Source of the DNA: Harriotta raleighana
Lineage: Eukaryota
NCBI GenBank assembly: GCA_050575255.1
Contig: JBNZDD010013635.1
Location: forward strand, 1,132,910-1,196,909
Length of the DNA: 64,000 nucleotides
Direction of reading: 5' to 3'
Shown: in pieces, positions 52,361 to 64,000 of the stretch
Numbering within the stretch: position 1 is the first letter of the stretch
How the letters are laid out: each line of letters begins with the position of its first letter
Program-made: the position numbers and the translations under genes
The notes under the pieces: model-generated
Database searches by the model: none
What the model saw: the letters and a program-made list of their open reading frames with translations, nothing else
What the model was told of the DNA's origin: nothing

Positions 52361-55279
52361 GAAATCAAATGCAATACTATTCATCTGGAGGATAGGATCT
52401 GCATGTGACAAACATTTCTTTGGGTTTTGTTTGGGGATTGAAAAAGAGCTTAGTTGCTAAATTTTGAGAGAGTTTTTATTCTCTTTCAAAACATTTCCCT
52501 TCGCTGTTGAATTTGTTTGTTGCTTATTTTCTACCATCATGGTGCCTTTCCCAAATGATTATTACTTATGAGTGAATCTTAACAGTGAGAATGATTGCAA
52601 GTTACTATATTCAATGAACAGTGATTAGAAGCATAATCCTTTGCTACACTAAACAAGAGGCTCCAGCCCAATTCTCCCCAATTTGATTTGTGCTAATAAA
52701 TTGTTCCAGAATCCCAATCTAACAAAAACATCAGTCCCAGAAGTACAAACAGTGCAATATTTACAATATTTGGTCATGTGGCTTTCCGAATTTAAACCCA
52801 ATTGTGTCTCATGTTCATTGGGAACACCAGTAAATTGCAATTGGATAATCACAATTCACTGGGTACCAAGAATGGCTGGGAGAGATAAGCATTGATACTA
52901 TATTACATTAAGATGGTTTTGATTCAAATCCAGTTCCCAGAAGTGTGATTGTTAGACAGTAATGCTTGATGTTTCAAGTCTGGGAATCGATCTTGGATAC
53001 ATTTCTGATCAAGGGGGTTTAAGACTGTTTTTTCTTGATCCATACCAATCTGAATCCAACTAAATATAGAGCCACATTCTGTATTCCTGTTTCACTTCTT
53101 TCAAGTGTGTTGTTGTTAATTGGGTTAAGATTTCAACAACTTTTTGTTTGCTGGAGGTGGTGGGATGGGAGGGGAGTGAANATAGACTGGCTAGCTGACA
53201 GCAAAGGAGAGGAGTTAAGTATTGGCTGTGAGATAGAATAGAAAATGTTAACCCTGGAATGGGCCCTCTAGCCTTTTTCCTTTCTATGTATGTATTTATC
53301 AACACTCCATAGAACTAAACGTAATGCAAATTAAGTTTCAATACAGGCAACTAAACTTTACATTCAAAAGGCATGTAATAAGATGATCACTGGAAACTGC
53401 ATGAAACAAAAGACAAGGTAATACATGACTGAACACCTCTCAGGACCTCATGTACACAAGTACAATCTGTTAGTAGCTTGCTGTGGATGATCTGGACCAT
53501 TTACTTTGAGATGTGAGGCACAATAGAGAACTAGAATTGAAAATGGTAAAGTAGTGGACTGAAACATGATGCATATAGTGAAGGAAGGTTTCCCAAGTTT
53601 GTAATGAAAAATAACAAATAACTTGTATTAAAATGATTTTGTGGTAAATTACAGTAGCTTTTACTGCAGCTGTTTTCCTTAAGGTGGACTGTATGGAAGA
53701 TCCTCAAACCAATTGAAAGTGTACAATCTCATAATTGTGTAAGAGCACAAGTAAAGAGCGGGAAAATCGAATGAAAATAGTTAGCTCCAGAGGATGAGCT
53801 AGCCCAAGTTTAGACTTTAATGGGTTGAATTTCTTCCATTTTGTGCACTAATCGTCCCTCGATTTTTTCTCAAAATACAAAAAAAAAGGTTACTTGAACT
53901 TTTTGTCTAATCAGGAGCAAGTCAGACAGCTGCGAAATCTCAGCAATGATTACAAGAGGTATGGTAGAGGGTAAAGATGGGGTGGAGAGGAGATAAATTC
54001 AATGCCTTTTTATTAGAATATAATTTTTTTTAGTTGAAATAAAAACTGCAAAGAAATTGCCCTTGGCTACAGGCCAGTCCTTGTGCATATGTTACCAGTT
54101 ACTACTAACCACAAAGTTTCCAGCTGAACAAAGAAAGTGGGAAAGAATGTTTCTGAAAACAGCGAATGCAACTTGATCTGCTTCCCTTTTCTAACCATCT
54201 AATAAAGCCAGAGATGTCAACATTCACCAGGAATTTTGTAAGACCTCGATGCATCTGCCAAGCACCTGGGGAACCAAACCCAAATATAATGAGAGCAACA
54301 AAAACTTCAGGAGAGGAAAATATTGAGATGAAAACTTTGTCCACATTTGTAATTTTAGGTAGATTTAAAAAAAAAAAAACGCACTTACTCTATAAATCAA
54401 ATATTCTATGGTTATTCTATTCTATTTGTGTCCTTTATATTTAGGTATATGTTCTGTATCTTTATAGAATAGCAACGTGTGTCTTTTATAGTCTGGGCAT
54501 TGAATGACCATGAAAATCAAATTGAAGTATTCTGTTCCTCGCTGGACTGGATGGATTGCATATCCTAAACATGTTACGTTAACGAATGCATGAACAATTT
54601 TTAAATGAAAATATCATTTCAGCAGAGATAGCTTTGCTGCCTCATTAAGGATGACTAATTAATTGCATGAAATGTTATTGTCAGATAGGGCCTCAAAGAA
54701 TAAATCAAATCTGTGATGCATAACCTCAAAAGGGAAGTGGGTTAGGTTTAAAGCTGAATTGTCTAAAATGTCATTACCTCCTTCACACCCTGTGTCGAAT
54801 ACATTTACACATTTATATTTGTGCACACTGCGTTTCTGTGCACATACTTGTATATATTAAGTGCAAATCAGTCACAAATACAATCCATCACACATTCAGG
54901 CGGTAAATTGACAGACATATTATACCTTCAAATACTTTCATATGTCCATCAACATGCTCTTTGCTTCTCTTAATCCCTGCCATCAATCTGCAACAAGTTT
55001 CCAATGACCTTTTCAATATGGTACAAGGACAGTTCAGATCTGCACTTCAGCATATTTGTTTTAACTGTAATTTCCAGTATAAAATTGATTGCTCGCGGCA
55101 CCTGAAACCCATGATCCTCTGAATCACCGGGATTAGTGTCTGAGGCCATTTATCAATGCCTGAGCATTGCTCCAAATCACAGCGACATTTTTCACGCTTA
55201 AAACAAACAGTTCATCTGTCACCCCGACTGCGCAGATATCTCAGTTGAAGGTCTGGAAAAATGACAATTTGAGGAAATT

Positions 55280-55401
55280 CATCATTGTCTTCACAGCTGA
55301 GCATAAAAAGAATGTGCGCACAGCAGGACTGCTTTAGCAACATCATTGTCTTCACAGCTGAGCATAAAAAGAATGTGCGCACAGCAGGACTGCTTTAGCA
55401 A
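55280..55401. repeat. Perfect 61-bp tandem duplication
   Basis: 55280-55340 is identical to 55341-55401. Confidence 0.95.
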
Positions 55402-55897
55402 CTGCTTGCCAATAGCAGCTTCAAAACCTCAGAATCAACACAACACAAGGTGCTGCAAGATATTCTTCCTGCTGCTAAATACAGCAATTTAGCAAATCCC
55501 AGTCTACTTACCAGCAAGAGAATTTTACAATTTACAGCCAATACTGTATTTAATTGCAATAATGCAATACATTTCTGTCCACAGCATTTATTTTTGGCGC
55601 AAGGCGTGAACCTCAGGAAATACTGGTGAATCTGCCCCTAGGCTTGACATACTCATGTTTTGTTCCTTGGTGTATGCTAAGGGGCACTGGAATACAAGCA
55701 AAGTGATTCCTGCTGACTTACTGGAAACCTTCTGCGATGGGGGGGGGGGGCATCGCAGGATAACTGGAATATCATTATTTGCAATTTGAGGTTGTTCAGT
55801 ATTTTAGGCTGCCTGTTCCATACCCTTTAGTAGTTATGCTTTTACATCATCATGATTGAATTGAAGATTACATGAGCCTAGCAATTAGCAAAATAGT

Positions 55898-55937
55898 ATC
55901 CTTAGTGTATTTACAGTAATGTAAATCCACTAAGGAT
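55898..55937. repeat. Inverted repeat, 18-bp arms (17/18 paired), 4-nt loop
   Basis: ATCCTTAGTGTATTTACA-GTAA-TGTAAATCCACTAAGGAT. Confidence 0.9.
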
Positions 55938-58900
55938 TCTTGCCGGAACAAGGCAAATAGTGTGGAAAATAGGCACATGGATGCCAATTAATGCCTTTCT
56001 TTTCATTCCCAATTTCCCAACCATTTGTAGATATATACAAGATTTATATACAGAATACATGCGTGTCTGCATATGTGTAAAACATATGTACAGATTCCAC
56101 CTACCATTTCATTATAATTTTCCGTTAAGGGATTGATCACAGAGCATCTTTTGTTAGTCATATTATTGTACTTCATGCCACCACATATCCTGACACTGGT
56201 CTGCTGCTGTTAGCCATTAGTTTCTGGTTGGTAAAGATATTCAGTCAGTGTACAAAAGACTGTTTACAATTGAAGCCTCTGCAGTCAATTTTCAATTTTA
56301 CTTTTGTGCAACAACTTTCAGTCACAACAGCAACTCTCTTTAGTCCATTTCAAGGGATGTAAAATCCTATGTTACACATCTTTTTTCTATTTTCCATGTT
56401 TGAATTCATAGTAAGACCTGCTTTAGCTATATGTTTGACAGGAGAGGCAGAGAACTGATGAACTGACAAAATGTTATGCTACTGTGACCGTAAGGGTAGC
56501 TAGATAGTGAATGCTTTCCATATATTTTCCTTTTTGTTTCTCTTGTCTCTACAAGAGACATAAGTAGGTTGTAGCCAGAGGGTGATGTATGAATCTCAAT
56601 TGCTATGTGTACACCTTTGTTGGATAAAGGATACTACAGGTTTGAGAGATAATGGATTTGGGAGATGTTGGAACTGTTTTTTTGAGCTGATGCCAAGGAG
56701 CTGCTAATCATTTGACTATTACTCCACATTAGGTAATTGTATAAGTTTTACTCAGTGCTAATATTTACAATAACACAGTCGCAACTTGGCAGCCGTTACT
56801 TCTGAAGCACTTTAAGATGACTTTGACATTATTGACTCAATATCAAATGCACATCTGTACATAAACTACAATGCAAGGATTATTATCCAAATGGTGTAAG
56901 AAATGCTATTCGACTTCACTCCCACTGGGATAGACTCAGAACAAAGAAACAAAGCAAAGAAAACATTATATTTTGCAAACCAAAATAATATGATGGAGAT
57001 TGGCATGCCTCAATAAAAAACTAGAGCTGCCACCTCCAAAATGTATTGACTCAAATGGGCTGTAGTCATGAAAATTGTTAGTTTAGAGAAGCTTGGCTAC
57101 ATCCCTTTTCAGGGTATAGTGCAATATCTATTCTGTTTTTTGGACTCTGTAATGTTCCCGTTTTAAATCTATACAACCCATTAATGCAACAATAGCACAA
57201 AGCCTCACTTGTTCATATTTTTCTTGAAGATGAATAGCTTTCTTCATGTCTCTTCTATTTGTATTCATGTCATCTGTTTCTGGTAATACAGTAGAAATAT
57301 GAAACTCGATAAAGTATCAACATCTCGCGGATCTCCTTTCCACCAATGAATATGGATGTCTTTGAATCCCAGTTTGTTCCCTATCAGGTATCAAATGTAA
57401 ATTTACTGCTGAGATTATCACCTATCGACCACTAGACTAGTTGTAATCACTCACTAAGAGGTTTACTATCCCTGCATGTAAATGTATTCTCTGATTCATT
57501 CACAGGCTTGAAAGTGCCCAATGTCACTCATACCTCTTATACCTTTAGAACAAATTCTAAGTCTTTTTTTGTTCTGAGTTTAATTAACAACTGGAAGTTG
57601 TTATGAAGAAGGCTGGTTGAGACAAAGGTATTGGGAAAGGATTAGATCAAATTGATTTAAACCTTCCATCACCAGCAGCAGTCTAAAATCTCTTGTAATA
57701 TCATTGATAAACAAGGAGCGTAAGTCTTGGCAGGAATCCAATTTCGTCTAGATACGTTTGATCAAGTGAAGTAGGATCATAACCTCGCAAACCCTTTCAG
57801 AATCTTCTTTAATCAAAGGAAAAATGTAAAAATCATCCATTCTTTCATGAGATTTCAGAAAAGAATTCGAAACGTGTGCAGAATAACGTGGTGGCATTAC
57901 ATTTTCCTTGAATCAAGCTGCAAATCCTCAGTTTCAAGCTATGATATGATTATGTGTCCATTGCTGCTGCTAGACTAAGATTTAACAAAAACTCTTCAAA
58001 TGTGAAATTTAATGGCCTGAGTTGAAGTAAAGAGGAATTTCAAGTGATGGTGACAAGCACATTGAAAGATATAAATAAAGTACAGTATATAACAAAAACA
58101 AGAATCATAATTGCTACAGGATCAGAGGATATCAGGCTTCATGTGATATCTTCGACCACTGAAAATATGGTTGGCTACGTTATCCTTGTTTGTCTTGACG
58201 CATCCTAAAGCAGCGATCTGGGTTCACATTTTCAATCCCATTTAATTTTCTATGCACCTCTAGAATGTCCCTATGAGGCATTGTCTCTGAAGTCTGATCA
58301 GCCCAAACTTGTCTAACGATTGCAGCTCAAAAGATTCAAACTGATACACCTCATCAGAGGTGTGATACAAATGAATTGCCGCAATTATTCAGGCTAGCCT
58401 TGACTGGCAGGTGATTCTGGCAAAAATGAATTGAAGTTTGGAGTAGCATCTGGAATCAGGCACTTTTTAATAGATTATTAATATTGAGTGCCAAATTAGA
58501 ACAGGCCTGTCAGTCAGTAAACGAGCAGTGTCACTACCAATATTTTACACTCCTATCAAATGAATACAGCCAAAAAGCCCGTTGAACTCCAGTCACAGTT
58601 ATGGGAAGCCATTTGTGTTAGCAATGAAACTGTCAGGCAGTGGTGAGACAAATGCCATTTATACAATGCTTTTTGATTTGGTTACCAAGGTTTCTCCTGG
58701 GATTTTTAAAAAGGCATTTAGTTTCCAAAGGTAAGCTTTGACCACAATTGAACATTCTCAATGCAGTCTCTTCCACACTGCAATCGGGTTCGGAAACCCT
58801 TTGTGTTGTCAGCTCCCTTTGTGATACTAAATTATAAATCAGCAACAATTCTCATTGCTTCACCATTTGAACAATGAGCTCAGTTAATTAAATGCATTGA

Positions 58901-59389
58901 GGGGAGAACGTTTATTTTAGAAAGAAATCACAGCTTTGAAAAAATTGGAGCATTTCGTAGGCAAAGGGTTCACCACAAGAGAAGAGCGTAGAATCTCATC
59001 CAATGGTGATCTTGCAGTGTGACCTACATAAGCACTGCAATACAGTTTGTGTGTAATTGGGAAGAGAGAGGAATGATCAAAATATGACATGGATTTGATG
59101 TATTTGTTGTGATAAAGTACTATTGTGATATTTCAATCTAGGCTATGAAAATAAATCCTAATATAGGATTTGAGGCAATCCTATTCTGACTGGAGGCAAA
59201 AGTGCTGCAAACTGACACAATGCACACTTAAAATCCAGAGTTGGTAGTTCAGCCTGGACTTGCATTTCTGACACACTGATGAAAGGGTCTTTTCATATAT
59301 AGAGACATCATCTGTATACATTTCTCCTGTATTTGCCTCATCTACTGCATGCATCCACAATGTTTTGGGAAGTGTCTCAAACTACTACT

Positions 59390-59632
59390 AATAATAATAA
59401 TCCTGGCATTTTATATAGTGCTATTCACTCTTCCAGATGTTTCAAAGCGCTTCACAGAATATACTGTAAAGTGAATTGACTTTATATTTGTGGTCGAAAC
59501 GCAGCAGCCAATTGGCAACTGCAAACACAAACAGTCCCAATAAACAGCCGTGGATTGAAAATGACCAATTTTTTTTTTTTTGGAGGGATTGTTATTAGGT
59601 GTGTGAAGCAAGGAAACTTGCCCAAAGTTTCA
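59390..59632 (-). mobile_element. SINE lacking its tRNA head
   Basis: Tail, Deu core and AAGGAAACTTGCCCAA segment. Confidence 0.9.
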
Positions 59633-61004
59633 CAAAACTGAAGCAATGGAAGACCGTATGGCCTATGGAGCTCACTGTACTATTTTGGTATCCGGATAAA
59701 CCTCATTGTACCTTCAAGGTACAATCTCAATGAAAGTGGTTTGGAACCAGTAAAGCTTTGCTGAGTGTTTTTAGGTGGATTTACTTTCATAACCTCGATC
59801 GAAATGTCAATGTGGAATTTTGCTGGTGGCACCACAGAAACAAACACATCAAATCCACATCATATTCTGTGCAATTCACTCTATTCCTAAATACACACAA
59901 ACTGATTGCTTTCAAGTTTGCATTTATGTCTGGTTAGAAAGCAAACAAGTATATCTGGCGAGTGAGTGACAATAGAATCAGCAGCAAATAGTGGTCGGTA
60001 AGCTGTTGCCAAAGGAGCACTCTCCTAATTGCGGAGGATTTGTGCTGGAACGATTACCATCAAGAAAAATAGTCCAGAGTGTGGACCTGGTAGGTCACGG
60101 ACAACTCTAACTCGACGAGCTTATTAGTTGACGGTAGGTGTCTTGCTCTCCCCCTGGTTTGATAGCCCAATCTCTTTGCTGAAGCAAACATTGTATTGCC
60201 TTTCAATGACCTTGGAGAATGCTGTGAGCAATTATACAGAAACCTGCTTTATATTTTCTACAGGATTCTTTGTTATTCATTTCAGTGTAAAAACACTTAT
60301 CCTCTTGATGTGAAAAATGCTAAATAAATATAACTCACATGGCATTATATTGTGTAATGTTTTGGGTTGAACAGGATTAGTTACAGTATGTTTATGGTTG
60401 TATTTTTTTTCTGACAATGCAGAAATGAGCACAAAAAACCCTAACTGTACATTGCTGTGGACCTTTAACTTGCAGTTGAGACATCTCCAAAGTGCTTCGC
60501 AGGATTTACTATAAAGTGCAGTGACTGCAGTTTCTGGGTGATTAGAAAAGCAGGGTGTATCCTCCTGGGTACAAATGCATAATCCATACAAGGCAAATAT
60601 ATACAAAAAATACAGTAGTTGTGAAACTCTCAGTAGTTTAAGTGCTCCACCTTGTGCAATGCTGTGTGAGTGGCACTATATAAACAGAGGTTATTGGAGT
60701 TTAGTTTTGAGACTCTGGACTTTACAAACAAGAATTGGATTTAACAATTCAAAGATAAATTTGATCATGTTGGAATAATTTGTTGGATTCATTTATGTTT
60801 CCACGGAAACACTATTCACAGCAACTAAAGCATGTAACACTTTAACATCTGAAGCACCAGCAGGTCGCATTTTAGGTGATTGCGTTTGGGATGCTGTAAA
60901 AGACAGAATGCAGCGATTTTGAATTAACATAGGATTCCTAAAGAGGCTATATTTCTTAGGCAGGCAACCCTGATTTAAAGAGGGAAAGTAAAACAGACCA
61001 AAAA

Positions 61005-61200
61005 TGCAAAATACTGCACATGCTGTAATCTGAGACAAAACAGAATTTCGTTGGGAACACTCAGCAGGTCAGGCAGCATCTATGGAGAAAGGAAAGTGAG
61101 TCAATGTTTTGGGTCTACGACCCGTCGTCAGAACTGAGGGATGTTGGGAGGGAGAGGATTTTAAGGACTAAGAGACGGGGGAGGCAAGGCAAGGAAGACA
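61005..61200 (-). mobile_element. Penelope-like element terminal region
   Basis: CAAAATACTGC...ACACTCAGCAGGTCAGGCAGCATCTATGGAGA matches the chondrichthyan Penelope-like terminus as recalled, and contains a hammerhead-like core. Confidence 0.7.
61099..61136 (-). ncRNA. Degenerate minimal type I hammerhead ribozyme motif
   Basis: Minus strand reads CAGTT-CTGACGA-C-GGGTC-GTA-GACCC-AAAAC-ATT-GACT. Confidence 0.6.
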
Positions 61201-62014
61201 AATGGGGGAAAACAGACCATTTTTATAAACAGTTTAAATAAGGAGGGAAAACCTGTATTTGCAAAATAATGTGTAATATAGGAAAAAAAGAAAACATACA
61301 TTTTTTTCAAAAAAGTAGTGAAAAAAAGGGTGGTCATCCAGATTAAATATGGAATGAAGTGTAAATCAGAGAAACATATTGAAGATTAATTATAATTGAG
61401 CATATCTTTTAATCTTAAATAAAAAAGTGGCAGAATGTTCATTTTTCTAACAGAATGTGTTTAAAGGTCAGGAAATTAATTATTGAAGGTGCAAGAGCTA
61501 TGGAAGCCCAATTTAAACAAACGTGCTCATAATTGATTTTAGTTGAATCCAAAATGAGAGTGGTACCAGATCGAAAGTCAAAATAATAATCCATAGTTCA
61601 TCTTCCATTAAAAAATCTATCAGATTCCTTTATAACCCACCAACAAAGCAAGTGCCTGACGTGCTGTACTGAATATTCTCACCACAGATTCTGTTGACAC
61701 CAAATGGAAAAAGAAAGGAACTTTCTTTCAATGGAGCACAAGAGCATTAATGTCACTGCAATAACAACTTTAAAACTATTTTATAACTGTTACTTATATG
61801 GTAGATCACCATTATTTTGTATTCTAGGGTAATGTGAAGTTGATCCACACAGTCCTCAAGCAAGAGCATCACTTGCCCTCTTCAAAGTCAAGAGCACAAA
61901 CATTGCCCATTCTCACAATTACTCAGAAACTTTGCAAACGCATAAATAGGTTCCACATTGGGAGGGACACAATACTTTTACAAACTATTCCTGTCCCCCT
62001 TGAAGTTGATCCAC

Positions 62015-62152
62015 CACTACAACAACAACAATAACAAATTACATTTGTCCATCACCCTTCACGTCAGCGGGAGGTTAGAAAGATCTACAACAACAACAAA
62101 ATTGCATTTATAGAGCGCCTTTCACATTGGGAGGATGTCCCAGGGCGCTAAC
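62015..62152 (-). mobile_element. Two tandem L2 3' tails
   Basis: Two (CAA)n-AAATTACATTT/AAATTGCATTT...TTCAC units in the same orientation. Confidence 0.75.
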
Positions 62153-63589
62153 CTCTAGTGTAATAATGGTGTGATCATCTGCTGATAGTATGTTTGGAGT
62201 TTCAGCACACATTTGCCATTATTCTCTCCCCAACACAGTTAATCTGATACAGCAATATCCCGTCTGAGTCCCCAGGAGATCTTTAAATGCAAAGGAATAT
62301 GCCAAACTGATAAGGATGAAAAACAACCAACACAATCTAAACAGTAAAAGAACTCAAAGGAATTTGATGCCGAGACCTTGTAAAACGACACTGAAACTGA
62401 AATAAAAGGAGACATTCAAACAGAGAGTTGCCAGAGCACTATTAACAATCTCCCGTTTGTTTAAATTTAAATCAGGGTGAGATTGAGAAATCAAATATTC
62501 CCTTCCCCTCTTCCCAATTTTTCCGAACTTAACTGTTCACTCAGTTCATCTCTGACTTTATGGTGAAAAACATTTGTCTTTTTGGTCCAATTTATTTCCT
62601 CTCATTGTTGACTTGACAGCTAATATTGAACCACAACTAAACAATGAAAACATAACTTGAGGGATTAAATAGTTTTGATCAGGATACATAAAAGCACCTG
62701 AAGCAAGATTACAGAAGAGCAAAAAAAACTAGCATTCATTTAAAAACCGTTTCAATCTCTCATTTAATTAACTTGTACAAAGTCTGTTAGCAAAGCAAAC
62801 TACACACAATTTTCTGTTCTGTGGATAAAGGATACTCTTCGAAGGAGCTGTACTTCTTAACTGAAAATGTTGACATGAGATTCATAATTCTACAATCAAT
62901 AATCCACCAATTTAAAATATGAAACCATACAAATGCTTTATTCAAAAGTTAATACATACTCACCAGAAATTCTCCATGGAAGCAATGGATTGACTAACTA
63001 TTAAACTAACCACAACAACAACTTGTATTAATATTGTATCCTTCACGCAGGATTGTGTCTCGGAAAGTTGACTACTCCCCAAAATGAGGCAACATTACAT
63101 GTTATGCAAAAGTCAGCAACATTTTTTTTTATTGTCACACATCAGGATGTATGGAGTCATCTCATCAGAATGGTACATATTGATCCAGTTAGTGTTTTGT
63201 AATTGATTGGCTCATATTGACCACGAACAACTCTGTTTTGTTGTAAGTCATGAAGTTTTAATATCTGTGACAGACAGGCCAATGTGTTTTTCCATAAGTG
63301 TTCATTCCTTTAAAGAACAGAACTGTGGTGTCTGGCTGCCCATGTAGTTCCCAGGTACATCAGATCACACATGATGGATACGATTCTGTCATTTCTGTGA
63401 TATAAATGCAACATTATTGCCACTTGATATAAGATTATTCAGTACTTCTTAGGTTTCCAGCTTAATGTGGAAAATAAATTGTCATTTAGGACAGAAACAA
63501 ATCATTTACAAAACATAATCTTTGCACTTGATATAGCGACAAATAATCAAGACATGAAATAGTTATATATACCTTCAAACTGACTGCGA

Positions 63590-63950
63590 CCACAGCAAAA
63601 TAATTACATTTGCAGAGTGTATTTCACGTCAGGGGGAGGGGCGGGGGAGGAGTGAGGTTAGGCAGAGAGGTAGGATTGCAGCTGAAGCCACAGTCGAAAA
63701 GGAGAGTCTTGAAACTGGCCTTGAAGGAGGCAAGGGAGGAAGCGAGGTGAAGGGACTGTGGGATCGAGTTCCAGAATGTGTGGGCAGAGAAGCTGAAAGC
63801 CTGCCCTCCGATGGTAGGGCAGGTCAGGCGGGAGACATGGAGCAGACCGGAGCCCGTTGAACGGAGGGCGCGAGCAGGTTGATAGAGAGTCAGCAGGCCA
63901 AAGAGGTAGGAGGGGGCAAGACCATGAAAGCGAGGACGAGGATCTTGAAC
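63590..63950 (-). mobile_element. L2 3' fragment
   Basis: HGLAPSYL...PARALRS...IGGQAFSFSAHTFWNSIP...FKASFKTLLF is the L2 ORF2 C-terminus. Confidence 0.92.
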
Positions 63951-64000
63951 TCTAGTTAACAATTCAAGCAACATCGACACCACCCAAGTCTAATTTTTAA

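Noticed and set aside
59275-59335. CTGATGAAAGGGTC...GAGAC, a possible second hammerhead/Penelope remnant
   Set aside because: Stem II partner and GAAA are missing; too degenerate to support.
59705-59725. Palindrome ATTGTACCTT-C-AAGGTACAAT
   Set aside because: 10-bp arms are within what chance can give in 64 kb of AT-rich DNA.

Overview
AT-rich, gene-poor vertebrate DNA. The repeat repertoire (tRNA-derived Deu-domain SINEs, L2 and CR1 3' ends, RTE, Penelope-like termini, pogo/Tigger-type MITEs) points to a cartilaginous fish, probably a chimaera such as Callorhinchus; this is inference from repeat character only. No complete protein-coding gene is recognisable. The ORF track is mostly chance ORFs or LINE ORF2 remnants, and there are only two weak exon candidates near the left end on the minus strand. 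The window looks like a large intron or gene desert with repeat-poor stretches that may hold conserved enhancers. The most unusual region is about 46.1-48.1 kb. It contains a young CpG-rich composite retroelement (21-bp VNTR, short ORF, pyrimidine tract, captured SINE core, L2-type 3' end; architecture reminiscent of SVA). Next to it is a SINE whose interior was replaced by two locally templated segments. Also notable are a decayed minimal hammerhead ribozyme in a Penelope-like terminus (about 61.1 kb) and a cluster of a hairpin, a G-loop inverted repeat and a tandem duplication at 55.3-55.9 kb. Repeat boundaries are by-eye estimates.
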